Source: an uncultured Candidatus Poseidoniales archaeon (GTDB lineage: Archaea > Thermoplasmatota > Poseidoniia > Poseidoniales > Thalassarchaeaceae). Taken from it: a stretch of 64,000 nucleotides of DNA. Below are positions 48,482 to 58,988 of the stretch, in pieces. Under the pieces are notes generated by a model. The model did no database searches. It was not told the origin of the DNA and was given only the letters and a program-made list of their open reading frames with translations. Numbering within the stretch: position 1 is the stretch's first letter; every line of letters begins with the position of its first letter. The position numbers and the translations under genes are program-made. The stretch is taken from contig CAZUBQ010000001.1 of NCBI GenBank assembly GCA_964618995.1, forward strand, positions 83,632-147,631, given 5' to 3'.

Positions 48482-49117
48482 ATGGGAGAGCGGCGCTTCG
48501 CCATCATCGGGCACCGAGCGCTGAATGACGGTAAGCTACCGCTGAATGACCTTGCTGGCGCGGGCGGCAGGATGGACGTGCTCGTGCGCGCGATTAACAC
48601 CGCACTCTTCCTATCTCATGGCATTCGAAATGATTCGCACATCACGCTGCACCTGATGGGTGGTCCGGGTCCTCCGCGCCGAATATGGTTCGATGGCAGT
48701 CGTCTCGAAGGTGTGCACGCCGATGAACGAGCAATCGCCGGCCAGGTCGCAAAGGTGCTGCGCGAGCCAACACCCCCCATAGGAAGATTGGATGAAATCT
48801 GGCCGGGCCTGTGGCACAGCGGAGGAGACATCTCGACCACAGTTGCAGAATGGCGGCGCGAAGAAGTATCCATGGTGAGGCTCGATGCCGATGCGCCGAT
48901 GCTGTGTGTGCCGGGTGGTGAACATTCAACCAACCATGGAGGCCATAAACTCGGGTTCTTCCTCTCAGATGACCTGCCTTTCACCGATACTGAACTTGAA
49001 CAAACCAGCTTGATTCCAGCACGTTCTCTCGGAGATCAGTGGATTCAAGGACACTCAGCGATTGCAGTAGTTCACCATCTTCTAGATACTGCAGTTGCAC
49101 TCGATCTTGGCGAATGA
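48482..49117 (+). CDS. trmY: tRNA (pseudouridine54-N1)-methyltransferase TrmY (SPOUT, MJ1640 family)
   Basis: DLAGAGGRMDVLVRAINTALFLSHGIRND matches the MJ1640 family ([29 protein letters not shown]). Confidence 0.7.
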   Translation: MGERRFAIIGHRALNDGKLPLNDLAGAGGRMDVLVRAINTALFLSHGIRNDSHITLHLMGGPGPPRRIWFDGSRLEGVHADERAIAGQVAKVLREPTPPIGRLDEIWPGLWHSGGDISTTVAEWRREEVSMVRLDADAPMLCVPGGEHSTNHGGHKLGFFLSDDLPFTDTELEQTSLIPARSLGDQWIQGHSAIAVVHHLLDTAVALDLGE

Positions 49118-49121
49118 GATT

Positions 49122-50069
49122 TCAAACATTCAACCAACGCGGTAGTCCGTGGATATCGGCTTCGAGTGCGGCTTCAAGGAGGGAATCTGGGATGGCCAAT
49201 GGATGAGTCTGGGGCCAAGTCGGCAGGGTCGTGATCGATGTGCTGCCCGCAGCGATGGCATCTGCGTCACCACCTTCTACCTCCTCCAACACAATCTCCT
49301 TCGCACCAATGCGGCAATTGTGCTCATCTAGTTCGACTGAACTCATGTCAATAGCCCCGCGATACCAGCGGGCACCTAGTCGAGTCGTCTGATATCCGCC
49401 ATCCCACTCACCAGCGCAGTTCAAGTTGAGCAGGACATCACCTCGTTGGAAAGCCATCCTGAGCGCACCCATGGATGAGCGCCCATCCCGCTGTTCCGGT
49501 CCACGGATTCCATGAGGGCGCAATCGGTTGACTGCGGTGCCCGGCAACAACTCAGCAGCGGCTTCCACAACCCTGAGCGTCGCTTCCACGGCATGAGTGT
49601 AGTCCTCGTGATCGAATGTACCGAGACTGGTTGAAATCGCCGGCATGCCGTATACCGCTGCTTGGCGCGCGGCGGCGACAGTCCCTGAGTGGAGTATGTC
49701 AATCGACACATTCGGACCGTGGTTGATGCCGCTGATGCAGAGAGAGGGCACCATGCCTTCTGGGAACAGTTGCTCACACTCCTCAAGTGCCAGTATTACT
49801 GAGTCGCAGGGAGAAGCATCCAGACTCACCATCTCCACTGGAGGACCGTTTGCTTCCAAATCCAGTATGTCACGCAAATCATCTCGGTTGGCGACCACCA
49901 AGTCCTGATGCAATGTCAGACGCATCCCAGATGCGCTCTGCTCCCGTGCTGGAGCGAGGACCAACAGTGGGAATCCTCGATTATGCAACGCGTGTATGAG
50001 CGCGTGCAGACCCGCCGCCTCTATGCCATCATCGTTGGTCAGCAGGATACAAGGGCGTGACACACTCAC
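49122..50069 (-). CDS. surE: 5'/3'-nucleotidase SurE
   Basis: ILLTNDDGI, SGINHGPN. GTG start. Confidence 0.85.
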   Translation of the reverse strand: MSVSRPCILLTNDDGIEAAGLHALIHALHNRGFPLLVLAPAREQSASGMRLTLHQDLVVANRDDLRDILDLEANGPPVEMVSLDASPCDSVILALEECEQLFPEGMVPSLCISGINHGPNVSIDILHSGTVAAARQAAVYGMPAISTSLGTFDHEDYTHAVEATLRVVEAAAELLPGTAVNRLRPHGIRGPEQRDGRSSMGALRMAFQRGDVLLNLNCAGEWDGGYQTTRLGARWYRGAIDMSSVELDEHNCRIGAKEIVLEEVEGGDADAIAAGSTSITTLPTWPQTHPLAIPDSLLEAALEADIHGLPRWLNV

Positions 50070-51031
50070 TCCTCGCCGCTGGCTGCCTGAGCATCGGTAT
50101 TCAAATCATCCAAACCCAAACTCACCAGTAGAACCCCGGCAATGAGCAGCGGCCCGCCGAGCCAGGTCCATATTCCCGGTACGCTGGTGGTCCCCAGTAT
50201 CCAGCCCAGTAACGAGCCGATGAGTGGCTCGAGTACGACCGCGATGGATATCACCAGCGGAGGAAACCAGCGCAGCACCGCGTTGATTCCTGTGTGGCCG
50301 ACCATCCCGGGACCCAGAGCGAGGTAAGCGATGTACGGCAGCCAGACAAGAGAACTCCATCCAAGCACTGCCGAAGCAGCTGGGATGGTCCCCCAGGCAG
50401 CCCCCTCAAGCCAAACGGCGGACAGTGCCAGCATGACGGCGGCGATGAGAGTGACCGGAAAGGCGTAGACGAACAGCGGCATCCATTCCCTCAGCACCCG
50501 CCCAGCGGCGAGGTATCCTACGATTGCGACCGCACCGAGGAAGGCGGCGGCATCACCGGCCAAGGTAACCTCACCCTCCGAACTGATGCCCATTAGAACC
50601 ACGGCAGCACCGAGGAACCCGAGCACTGCACCCAATGTCTGCTGCCGATTAGTGGGCCGTTTCAGCAACCATAAACCCACAACGATGACCAGCGGGTGAG
50701 ATGTGACGAACAGCAGGCTGTGTGTGAGCGAGGTGTGGTCAAGTGACCATACCCAACTTCCGAAGTGAATCCACAAGCAGAGCCCAGAGCCGACGATGAT
50801 CCCCCACACCTTCGAATCCTTCAGACGTCCTCTCGTCTCATCCGCCATTCCGCGGTACTGCCACATTGCCAGTGGTGCCAGTAGGGCTGCAGTCAACTGC
50901 AGACGCCACGATGCGCGCAGAAGCGGCTGCACCTCGTCAATCAGTTGGAACACAGGTCCTGCGCTCGATACGGCCAGCACGGCCGCGCCAAGCAGGACCC
51001 AAGCGTGCAGTGGTGGAGGCTCGCGCGCCAT
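50066..51031 (-). CDS. DMT-superfamily (EamA-like) permease
   Basis: 10 TM in two 5-TM repeats; EamA-like loop motifs. Confidence 0.6.
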   Translation of the reverse strand: MAREPPPLHAWVLLGAAVLAVSSAGPVFQLIDEVQPLLRASWRLQLTAALLAPLAMWQYRGMADETRGRLKDSKVWGIIVGSGLCLWIHFGSWVWSLDHTSLTHSLLFVTSHPLVIVVGLWLLKRPTNRQQTLGAVLGFLGAAVVLMGISSEGEVTLAGDAAAFLGAVAIVGYLAAGRVLREWMPLFVYAFPVTLIAAVMLALSAVWLEGAAWGTIPAASAVLGWSSLVWLPYIAYLALGPGMVGHTGINAVLRWFPPLVISIAVVLEPLIGSLLGWILGTTSVPGIWTWLGGPLLIAGVLLVSLGLDDLNTDAQAASGEE

Positions 51032-51043
51032 CGCGCAGCCCCC

Positions 51044-53491
51044 TCAATCCAACTCCGCTTCCATCAACTGGTCCTTCGGACCAATGATTCCCGCCTTGCG
51101 GAACAACATGTAAATCGCTCCTGCTAACAGCACGTTGATCACGATGAACGAGCCCATTCTCACCCATGGATACCAACCTAGATCCCCCATCACTTCATTT
51201 CGCATGACCGGGTCTCCGTTTTCATCCAGCAATGGCACTCCTCCTGTCATCTCAGGCACGTCCTCACCCCCACTGGGCAGTTCGTCTACAGCCGCCAACG
51301 CTGCTGATTCGACACCTAGGAACGCCTCACCGGTGAGCATGCCTGCAGCAATCATGAATGTAGCCAGCAGCAAGATGGCGCGCGTCCGCTCGGCTACCTT
51401 GTTGCCCTCTTTGGAACGAATCTTCTCCACCTTTGGCTTCAACTTGCGCTCCTCCCACCAGTCACGAGCTCCGCCGCCGATGAGCATCGGGAAGGTCATC
51501 AGCGTCGGGAGGTACATACCAAGACCGAACGACGTCCCCATCCCAGTAGCCCACTCAGCGAAGCAACCGAGCGCGAAACCTAGTGCCAAGGCCCTCAGGT
51601 CACCCTCCCCCTCTGCGAGCAGGATGGTGAAAGTGGCGAACGCGTTCGCTTGGGGGGCCACCAGATCTATGTCGCCATTGGCGAGCATGATTGAGAGGAA
51701 GATGGCGATTCCGGCACCTAGGATTGAGCCGGGCACTACCCCCATGATGTTGCCCTTCGATATGTGATATGGTCGATTACCGATGTACAGGCTGTTCTTG
51801 TAATCTGCAACCACAGTTCCGGACATCGAGATGGCCGAGCCGAACACCGTTGTGCCGACCAACCCCATCAGAATCGCTTCCTCTTTGGACAATCCCAGCG
51901 TTTCGCGGAAGTTCAGGAATAACGCGAGCAGCATTAGCAACACGATGAATGAGGTGCCCGAGACCGGCTCGATACCCGTCTCACCCATCACGCGAACGGC
52001 GATCGCCCCCAGCAGGAAGGTGGTTACTGCGACGACGATGGCGAAGATGATGCTCGGCAGCACTGGGAAGCCTCCAAGGGTGAAGATGACTATCATCGCG
52101 ATGAATGCGATTCCGAGGAATATCGGAATATGGTATAGCGGCCACTCATACCACCCCTTGCCTTCGATGTACTCCTCACCCTGCTCTCCCTGAAACGCTT
52201 TGGCGATGTCTCCGAAGATGTTCTTGAAGGTCGGGGCCATCTTGAACAGGCCTAGGAAACCCCCTCCGAGAATCGCTCCTATGGCAATCAGTCGAATCAG
52301 CGTGCTGTAGGCTACGATCTGAACCACCGGGCTGTATGGCTGAGTGTTGGGGTCTCCGACGTCGGATAGGAGGAAGTAATCCCCCAGACCCGCGATGTAC
52401 ACCGGCACGTCGAGAATGACTGCTAGGGGAACGAGGTAGAACCAAGCGACCAACGTCCCGAGATTAACGAGCACCGCAACGCGCGAGCGCATGAACCAGC
52501 CGATGGCGAACAGTGTAGGAGACATTTCGACACCCAGATAGGTGTATTGAAATGGATTCACACTACCCTCTTCGTAGTAGGTGACTCCGCGCGACACACC
52601 ATCCCATGTACCATGATTTCCATCGACTGTGTCCACTCCGGCAGGCTGGTGAATGGCTCGCTCGCTGAAGATGCTCGCAAGGCCCGTCCCGAGGAACGAT
52701 AACTTCTGTGTGACAACGTCTGCAATCGATGCGGGGACCCCATCGAGGTGGCGCTTCCAAGAAATGGGGTAGTCGATGACGAACATGAACGCCATCGTCA
52801 GCACTGTCCACAGACCAACCGTCTTGAGTGACTCCTTCGCCTGATCGGCAGCACCTACATTCACGTCGCAGGCGATGTCGAGCAGGACCAATGTGGCCTC
52901 GAACCCAGGCATCGGGAGCGGGTCCTCAATCAACCAAACCCTGCGGAAGATGATGAAATACATGATGCCTAGGAATCCGGCGAACATAGATGCAATGATG
53001 CCGATGAACGCCAACTGCATCGTGTCGATGTTCGTCAGCAATCGTCCACCTGAGACGATGTAGTTGTCACTGGAGGCGAGCAGGAAGATCGCAGGGAATG
53101 TGAAGATGAAACCTGTCGAGGCGTGAGTGGCGCCTGTGGTGGCCGAAGTGGCTATGTTGATCTCGGAAGGAGACCAACGCAGTGCCATGCCGAGCAGGTA
53201 GGCGACGTACCAAGCGGCTGATACTGCCAGCCCGATCTTCAGACCGATGTAGGCGGTCACCCCTGCGAACACCGCTCCGATAGCGATGCCTACTAGTACC
53301 TTCCAGAGCGACCAGTGAGATACCTCGAACGCCTCTGCGAGGTTCTTCTCCTCGAGGTATTGCTCCAGCAGTCCGGTGTTCAGGTTCTTGTACATCTCTT
53401 GGTCGAGCCAGGTCAGTTCTCCGGACTCAATCGCCTTGAGACCCTCAGCCGTGACTGGGCGGCGATATGTCGAACGCTTCACCCCACTCAC
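51044..53491 (-). CDS. OPT-family oligopeptide transporter-like membrane protein
   Basis: ~16 TM, 815 aa; pattern and size resemble OPT-family archaeal proteins. The GTG at 53491 is uncertain; an internal ATG at 53395 is an alternative start. Confidence 0.5.
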   Translation of the reverse strand: MSGVKRSTYRRPVTAEGLKAIESGELTWLDQEMYKNLNTGLLEQYLEEKNLAEAFEVSHWSLWKVLVGIAIGAVFAGVTAYIGLKIGLAVSAAWYVAYLLGMALRWSPSEINIATSATTGATHASTGFIFTFPAIFLLASSDNYIVSGGRLLTNIDTMQLAFIGIIASMFAGFLGIMYFIIFRRVWLIEDPLPMPGFEATLVLLDIACDVNVGAADQAKESLKTVGLWTVLTMAFMFVIDYPISWKRHLDGVPASIADVVTQKLSFLGTGLASIFSERAIHQPAGVDTVDGNHGTWDGVSRGVTYYEEGSVNPFQYTYLGVEMSPTLFAIGWFMRSRVAVLVNLGTLVAWFYLVPLAVILDVPVYIAGLGDYFLLSDVGDPNTQPYSPVVQIVAYSTLIRLIAIGAILGGGFLGLFKMAPTFKNIFGDIAKAFQGEQGEEYIEGKGWYEWPLYHIPIFLGIAFIAMIVIFTLGGFPVLPSIIFAIVVAVTTFLLGAIAVRVMGETGIEPVSGTSFIVLLMLLALFLNFRETLGLSKEEAILMGLVGTTVFGSAISMSGTVVADYKNSLYIGNRPYHISKGNIMGVVPGSILGAGIAIFLSIMLANGDIDLVAPQANAFATFTILLAEGEGDLRALALGFALGCFAEWATGMGTSFGLGMYLPTLMTFPMLIGGGARDWWEERKLKPKVEKIRSKEGNKVAERTRAILLLATFMIAAGMLTGEAFLGVESAALAAVDELPSGGEDVPEMTGGVPLLDENGDPVMRNEVMGDLGWYPWVRMGSFIVINVLLAGAIYMLFRKAGIIGPKDQLMEAELD

Positions 53492-53496
53492 TGACT

Positions 53497-53515
53497 CACC
53501 TGCCTAAGGCAGGTG
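53497..53515. promoter_or_regulatory. Perfect palindrome cacctgcc-taa-ggcaggtg (8-bp arms)
   Basis: It sits 6 nt upstream of the OPT GTG and ~90 nt downstream of the aIF5A stop. It could be an operator site or an RNA hairpin. Confidence 0.3.
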
Positions 53516-53604
53516 CAACACATGACAGCCGATTCAATACGGTTGCCCTTGATGAAGGTCAGAGGATACCACTTGAACGGAGAGTTCGTGGAGCGACAGG
53601 ACCT

Positions 53605-53991
53605 TCAATGATCGCGGATGATTTTGAAGCGGCCCATCGCTTCCATCCACATGATCTCGCCACCAGCCTCGACATTCAGACTCGCATCGGCTGGGAGAAC
53701 CATCATCTCGAATGTCTTCGCATCCATGGCGTGCACCTCCTCACCTTGGAGATGGGTGACCGTGGCGGTACCCTTCTCTATCAGAGGCACATGGACGGAG
53801 TCTGACACGCTGCCGACATGGCTGCGCTTCTGGCCGGTGAACAGGTCCTCGAGCTCGATGCGCGCCTTGGCGCTGCCGTGCTTGCCCGGCTTGGACTTCG
53901 AGATGCTCAATATGCGGTAGGCGTCATCATCGATGGCCAGGTAGCGTCCGACCTTCAAAGTGCGAATCTCGACGCGTGACGTGCCTGGCAT
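53605..53991 (-). CDS. eif5a: Translation initiation factor 5A (aIF-5A)
   Basis: Hypusine loop SKPGKHGSAK. ATG at 53991. Confidence 0.85.
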   Translation of the reverse strand: MPGTSRVEIRTLKVGRYLAIDDDAYRILSISKSKPGKHGSAKARIELEDLFTGQKRSHVGSVSDSVHVPLIEKGTATVTHLQGEEVHAMDAKTFEMMVLPADASLNVEAGGEIMWMEAMGRFKIIRDH

Positions 53992-54049
53992 CCTAATCCC
54001 TTCCCTGACCCACTTCCTCGGTCTTATCAGCATTGCCTAGCCTGAGGGC

Positions 54050-54901
54050 TCAGGCGTAGTCATAGAAACCCTGGCCGCTCTTGCGCCCCAACTTACCCTC
54101 GGCAACCATCTTCTCAAGGAGCGGGGCGGGGCGGTACTTGTCATCCTTGAAGCCTTCGTGCAGGACGTTCATGATGTGCAGGACAGTATCGAGACCGACC
54201 AGATCCGCAAGAGCCAGTGGGCCGATGGGATGATTCATTCCGAGTACCATGATGCCGTCGATGGCGTGTGCATCGGCGATTCCCTCCTCGTATGTCAACA
54301 CCGCTTCGTTGAGCATCGGGCAGAGCAACCGATTGGAAATGAATCCCGGCGAATCGTTGCAACACAACGCCGTCTTGCCCATTCGCTCTGCAACCAGCAT
54401 CACCGCTTGTGTCACCTCCTCATCAGTCTCCTTGCCGAGGACTATCTCGACCAGACGCATTATCGGAACCGGATTCATGAAATGCATCCCTATGACGTTG
54501 TTCGGACGCCCAGTACTACCAGCGATGTCATTGATTGAGATGCTGCTTGTGTTGCTGGCGAGAATTGCTTCGGGATTGCACAACTCATCCAGTTCGGTGA
54601 ACAGAGAGAATTTCAAGTCTGGAATCTCAGGAACTGCTTCGATGACGAGATCAGCCTCTTGCGCCGCAGAATTCTCAGTAGAGGTAGTGATGCGCTGGCG
54701 CGAGGCATCTGCATCCTCCTGGGTCATGCGCCCCTTCTCGACCAGCTTCCCCAGCGAGAACTCGATGGTGCCGATACCGCGCTCGACGAACTCATCGGAG
54801 ATGTCGATCATCGTGACCTGATAGCCAGCACAGGCAGCCACCTGCGCGATGCCATTTCCCATCTGTCCCGCGCCGATTACCGCGATGCATTCGATGTCCA
54901 T
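54050..54901 (-). CDS. hbd: 3-hydroxyacyl-CoA (3-hydroxybutyryl-CoA) dehydrogenase
   Basis: IAVIGAGQMGNGIAQV Rossmann, HFMNP, C-terminal dimerisation domain. Confidence 0.8.
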   Translation of the reverse strand: MDIECIAVIGAGQMGNGIAQVAACAGYQVTMIDISDEFVERGIGTIEFSLGKLVEKGRMTQEDADASRQRITTSTENSAAQEADLVIEAVPEIPDLKFSLFTELDELCNPEAILASNTSSISINDIAGSTGRPNNVIGMHFMNPVPIMRLVEIVLGKETDEEVTQAVMLVAERMGKTALCCNDSPGFISNRLLCPMLNEAVLTYEEGIADAHAIDGIMVLGMNHPIGPLALADLVGLDTVLHIMNVLHEGFKDDKYRPAPLLEKMVAEGKLGRKSGQGFYDYA

Positions 54902-54957
54902 CGTGCTCTCGACCCCAGTCGCCCAAATAGCGGTTATGCCACACCTGACTGCCGCGC

Positions 54958-57900
54958 TCACTTGTGATGCGCCCAGTATCCTGATTCGTCGCGGAACCAC
55001 CATACGTCGCTGTTCTCGGGCCATTCGAGCCACTCGACGCCATCGTCAGCAACCTCGCCCTGAGTCTCCTCGTGAGGTGCTTCATAATCCTCTGTCACCA
55101 CTCCTTCCGAGGCCTCCTCAGCCCAACTCCCAGCAGCGTCATCCACCACCTGCAGCGCTTGGTCCAACTTTCCACCGCCCGCTCGCTTGCGCTTCGGTTT
55201 GCGCGTGTTGACAGTGACTGCAACGACCAAACCGACAATCACCAGGATTGCCAGTGCGATCGCCACCCACAGGAATGTAGGCAACCCGGAGCCGGATTTG
55301 CCACCGTCGGTTACGGGTCCGGTCCAGATTTCCGCAGGGCAGCCATTCGCTAGTGAGGAGGAGTCGTCGGGGCACTTGTCGGGCGCGGTGGCTCCGGGAA
55401 TGAATTCCCCTGGCCAGCCATACTGCCGGCTTGAGTTCCATTCAGGGTCGTCCCAGTTGTCATAGAATCCATCACCATCGCTGTCAAACCATTGTGTTGA
55501 ATCATAGATCAACGCATCGGCACCATCACTCAGTCTCCAGAGGCTGTCAGGGTCACTGTACCCGTCGCCGTCGCTGTCCGGGCATCCTCGCCGATCGCCG
55601 GTCGAATTACCAACTCTGTTCCTGCAGTCGTCACCGTTCGTGCCAGACGAATTATCCCCCATGCCGTCGCCATCGGTGTCTCTTGTCTGGGTAGGGTCGT
55701 GGGGGAAAGCGTCGTTCGGATTGTTGACTCCATCGCCATCGTCATCACGCTGACTGTCGGAGCACCCGTACCAGTCGGCCATCGCTACCTCGGAAGTGGG
55801 TGTGTCCGGGCAGTCGTCATAGGCGTCGTTGATACCGTCGAAATCGCTATCCCGTTCGGATGGTCCGCATCCGTCTTCGTTCACATCGTCAATCTCATGA
55901 GGAGGTGTTTCGAGGCAGTCATCAGGGTTGTTCCCTTCCCATCGATCTCCGTAGCCGTCGCCATCGTCGTCCTCCCATTGGGTCGATTCATCGGGGAAGT
56001 CGTCATCGATGTCCGCATAACCATCACCATCGGAATCAGGGCAGCCAAAGCGCCCTAGTTCAGTGGATGTACCGGCTTGAAGTGGACATGAGTCGGGCTG
56101 AGTACCCATCTGCTGGTCCGCGAAGCCATCCCCGTCCGTGTCCGACCACTTGAACGGATCATTTGGCCAAGCGTCACCCTGCTCATTGACTCTTAGCAGG
56201 CCATCTTGGTCGAGGAAGTAACTGTGGTTGTCGCCGTATCCGTCTCCATCGGTGTCGACCCATTGGTGGTGGTCGAGAGGAAAGGCATCAGCCCCATCGT
56301 CGGTCAGCCAGTCGCCATCCTCGTCGGACCACCCATCACCATCGGTGTCCGGGCATCCGAAGCGGTCGTAGTGGGATGTCCCGGCGATGTCTGGGCAGGC
56401 GTCGGGCTCCCACGCGCCAATGGTCTGGTTGTTACCGTATCCGTCCTCATCACTATCGAGCCACTGGGTCGGTTCATCTGGGAAATCGTCATCGATGTCC
56501 GCGACCCCATCACCATCCGCGTCCGGACAGCCAATCGTGGGCACTGTACTGTTGCCCCACTGTGTGATGCAATCGTCATCTGAGTTTGCATAGCCGTCAC
56601 CATCGTCGTCTAGTTGGTACTGAGCACAGCCCCGTTCGTCAGCCACCCAACCCTCGAGTGTGTCGGCACAGTCGTCCTCACCGTTCCATACACCGTCATT
56701 GTCGTCGTCGGGGAGCAGGTATCTGGCATCGAACCCGATACGAGCCCATGCGAAAACTCGTGCATACAGGCTGAGTCGGACGAACCCCATCTCGTCCCAC
56801 TCCGCCTGCGCCGTGTCGTTGAGCATCCACTCCAACAGTTGGAGGCGTTCCTGAAGTTCCGCGGAATCGATGATGAGGTAGTGATCATCTTGTACCGGCC
56901 ACGTACCGTTCTCGCTGGCCGAAACGGACGGTTGGATTGCTTGACCGCCACCGTAGAGCGCGTCCTGCACGCCATGCGTCCAATTGTCGACGATAGGTAC
57001 GTGGTAAAGGTCGGGGGAGTCGAGCGCCACGCGCATCTCAGTGAACCCGAGCAGGTCATCCTGCTGGCTGACGAAGTAGACTAGTGAACTGCGCAACTCC
57101 TCCTCGAACCTGTAGCGAGCAGTGGAACCGACGAAGAAGCCATCTGGGAACTGACAGTCACTGCAGGTGAACAGACGCTCCATCATCATCGGCACGGAGC
57201 GATTGTCCCAACGTCCTGCAACGTGAAACGGCTCCTGGTTGCATGAGGAATGGAGATCCCCCCACTCCTTGATTCCGTCATTGTCAAGATTGGGGACCAC
57301 CGACATCAGCTCAATCCCCGGCATGTCCCCAGACTGCACCATTGTCGAGACTGAGGCTCCGGAGAGGAACCATCTCAGTTGCGCCATCGACAGTCCTCCA
57401 ATGGTGCTCAGACAGGATTCGGCGGCTCCGCCTGACTTGACAAACAGGGAGGCGGGCATACGACCGATGGGCACCTCAAGGAGTTGCGAAGGGGTCTGAG
57501 TGCAGTTCAAGAGTCCATTTGTTGACCAGTTGGCTGTAGGGGAGGCTATGTGGTGAGGGACTCCATGAGTGATGGATCCGATGATGCCGCCATCGTCGCA
57601 GAGGGTGTTCGACATCAACGTGGTGGTCATGTTTTTGTGCGACACGGGGCGGCCGTCGGTGCTCGGCCAGTTCTCTTGCCAACTGTCGATCATAATTTCG
57701 CCCGTGATGTCTCCTTTCAACTGATGGAATGTCTCTGGCGACATGTACACCGTGGTGCGGCCACGTACCTGGGCGAACGCCATTTTGTTTCCATCGGGAG
57801 ACCACGCGACAGCCCTGACTCCGCGACTGCTACCGCCACCACCACCGCTGAACGATCCGAATTCTGCTATTTCGTCTGAATAGTTACTGATGTTAGCAAC

Positions 57901-58977
57901 GTTATCGGGACTGTCGTAGACGCGCACTTCGTTATCACCGCCAGCGACAACGAAGTACGCACCTGTAGGGTCGAATGATATCGAATAGACGTCGCGAGAA
58001 CTGTCAGTGAATCCGCCGACATGCGATGCGTTGCTGACGTTGTAGATGTTGACGCGATTGTCAAACGCCCCTGTTAGCAACCACCGACCGTCTGGGCTGA
58101 ATGTGACCCCGAGAGCATAATTGGTCGTATGGTTGTTGAAATACATGTGTTCAGTTCCATTGTTGGTCCAGAACGTCTTCAGCTCCCCTCCTGCAGCCAA
58201 TCCAGCGACCAGTCGGTCATCTGGACTGACATCGACACTCCAAACCGTTTGACCGGGATCGAATGAATAATTCCTCACCATGCTCCAGTTATCATTCGCC
58301 GAGAATTGTCGCAATTCTCCCTCGCCACCACCGGTGTACAGGTAGGTGCCGTTGGATGACCATGCCACACTGGGCACATCGTCGGTATGCGCGTTACTCA
58401 GGTTCTTCATAAGAGTGGCAGTATTGGTTGTCCAGTCCATCTCCAAGATAACTATCTGAGAATGGTTGTCGCCACCGTTGAAGTACGCGCCAGCAGCAAG
58501 ATAGGAGCCGTTTGGCGAGAACGCCAACCCCCTGACGTATTCATCAGAGAAGGTGTACAGAGTTGCAATAGTTGCCCCGCCTGCTGTGTAGAGCATGACA
58601 TCACTCCCACCACCTCCAGCCACGTGAACCGAGTCAGGAGCCCACGAGATGGCGCGGGAACTGCCGTCGCTAACATACAGGGCCCTCGCCGAATCTTCCC
58701 AGTCTGTGATCGCCGCCCCGGAGAAATTCGGGTTACCATCACCATCTGAATCCGGGCATCCAGCATAGCCGATGGTGCTGTTCCCCCATGCGAACGGGCA
58801 GTCATCCACTGCATCGTCGATTCCATCATTGTCACCATCGACTGCGGAGGCGGTGAGGGCGAACATCGCGCTCGAGCACATGAGCATCAGCACGAGCATT
58901 ACGGGCATGACTTGTGGACGCGTACGCACCAGCATTGAACTGCCAAGGAGTATGTTCCACCTTTGGCTCTGTCGCAT
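54958..58977 (-). CDS. Giant surface protein: signal peptide, WD40-like beta-propeller, array of thrombospondin type-3-like Ca-binding repeats, C-terminal TM helix and acidic cytoplasmic tail
   Basis: N-terminal hydrophobic signal. Repeated SPDG/WSPDG blades. More than 12 DxDGDGxxDxxD/GCPDxDGDG units. Dense NxS/T sequons. C-terminal LPTFLWVAIALAILVIVGLVVAV + KPKRKR + ~100-aa D/E-rich tail. Confidence 0.7.
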   Translation of the reverse strand: MRQSQRWNILLGSSMLVRTRPQVMPVMLVLMLMCSSAMFALTASAVDGDNDGIDDAVDDCPFAWGNSTIGYAGCPDSDGDGNPNFSGAAITDWEDSARALYVSDGSSRAISWAPDSVHVAGGGGSDVMLYTAGGATIATLYTFSDEYVRGLAFSPNGSYLAAGAYFNGGDNHSQIVILEMDWTTNTATLMKNLSNAHTDDVPSVAWSSNGTYLYTGGGEGELRQFSANDNWSMVRNYSFDPGQTVWSVDVSPDDRLVAGLAAGGELKTFWTNNGTEHMYFNNHTTNYALGVTFSPDGRWLLTGAFDNRVNIYNVSNASHVGGFTDSSRDVYSISFDPTGAYFVVAGGDNEVRVYDSPDNVANISNYSDEIAEFGSFSGGGGGSSRGVRAVAWSPDGNKMAFAQVRGRTTVYMSPETFHQLKGDITGEIMIDSWQENWPSTDGRPVSHKNMTTTLMSNTLCDDGGIIGSITHGVPHHIASPTANWSTNGLLNCTQTPSQLLEVPIGRMPASLFVKSGGAAESCLSTIGGLSMAQLRWFLSGASVSTMVQSGDMPGIELMSVVPNLDNDGIKEWGDLHSSCNQEPFHVAGRWDNRSVPMMMERLFTCSDCQFPDGFFVGSTARYRFEEELRSSLVYFVSQQDDLLGFTEMRVALDSPDLYHVPIVDNWTHGVQDALYGGGQAIQPSVSASENGTWPVQDDHYLIIDSAELQERLQLLEWMLNDTAQAEWDEMGFVRLSLYARVFAWARIGFDARYLLPDDDNDGVWNGEDDCADTLEGWVADERGCAQYQLDDDGDGYANSDDDCITQWGNSTVPTIGCPDADGDGVADIDDDFPDEPTQWLDSDEDGYGNNQTIGAWEPDACPDIAGTSHYDRFGCPDTDGDGWSDEDGDWLTDDGADAFPLDHHQWVDTDGDGYGDNHSYFLDQDGLLRVNEQGDAWPNDPFKWSDTDGDGFADQQMGTQPDSCPLQAGTSTELGRFGCPDSDGDGYADIDDDFPDESTQWEDDDGDGYGDRWEGNNPDDCLETPPHEIDDVNEDGCGPSERDSDFDGINDAYDDCPDTPTSEVAMADWYGCSDSQRDDDGDGVNNPNDAFPHDPTQTRDTDGDGMGDNSSGTNGDDCRNRVGNSTGDRRGCPDSDGDGYSDPDSLWRLSDGADALIYDSTQWFDSDGDGFYDNWDDPEWNSSRQYGWPGEFIPGATAPDKCPDDSSSLANGCPAEIWTGPVTDGGKSGSGLPTFLWVAIALAILVIVGLVVAVTVNTRKPKRKRAGGGKLDQALQVVDDAAGSWAEEASEGVVTEDYEAPHEETQGEVADDGVEWLEWPENSDVWWFRDESGYWAHHK
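55437..56697 (-). repeat. Degenerate tandem coding repeats (TSP3-like Asp-rich units) inside the giant surface protein gene
   Basis: Reiterated gatggcgacgg/gacagcgatgg-type codon blocks encoding DxDGDG. Confidence 0.5.
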
Positions 58978-58988
58978 CTCTGACTACG

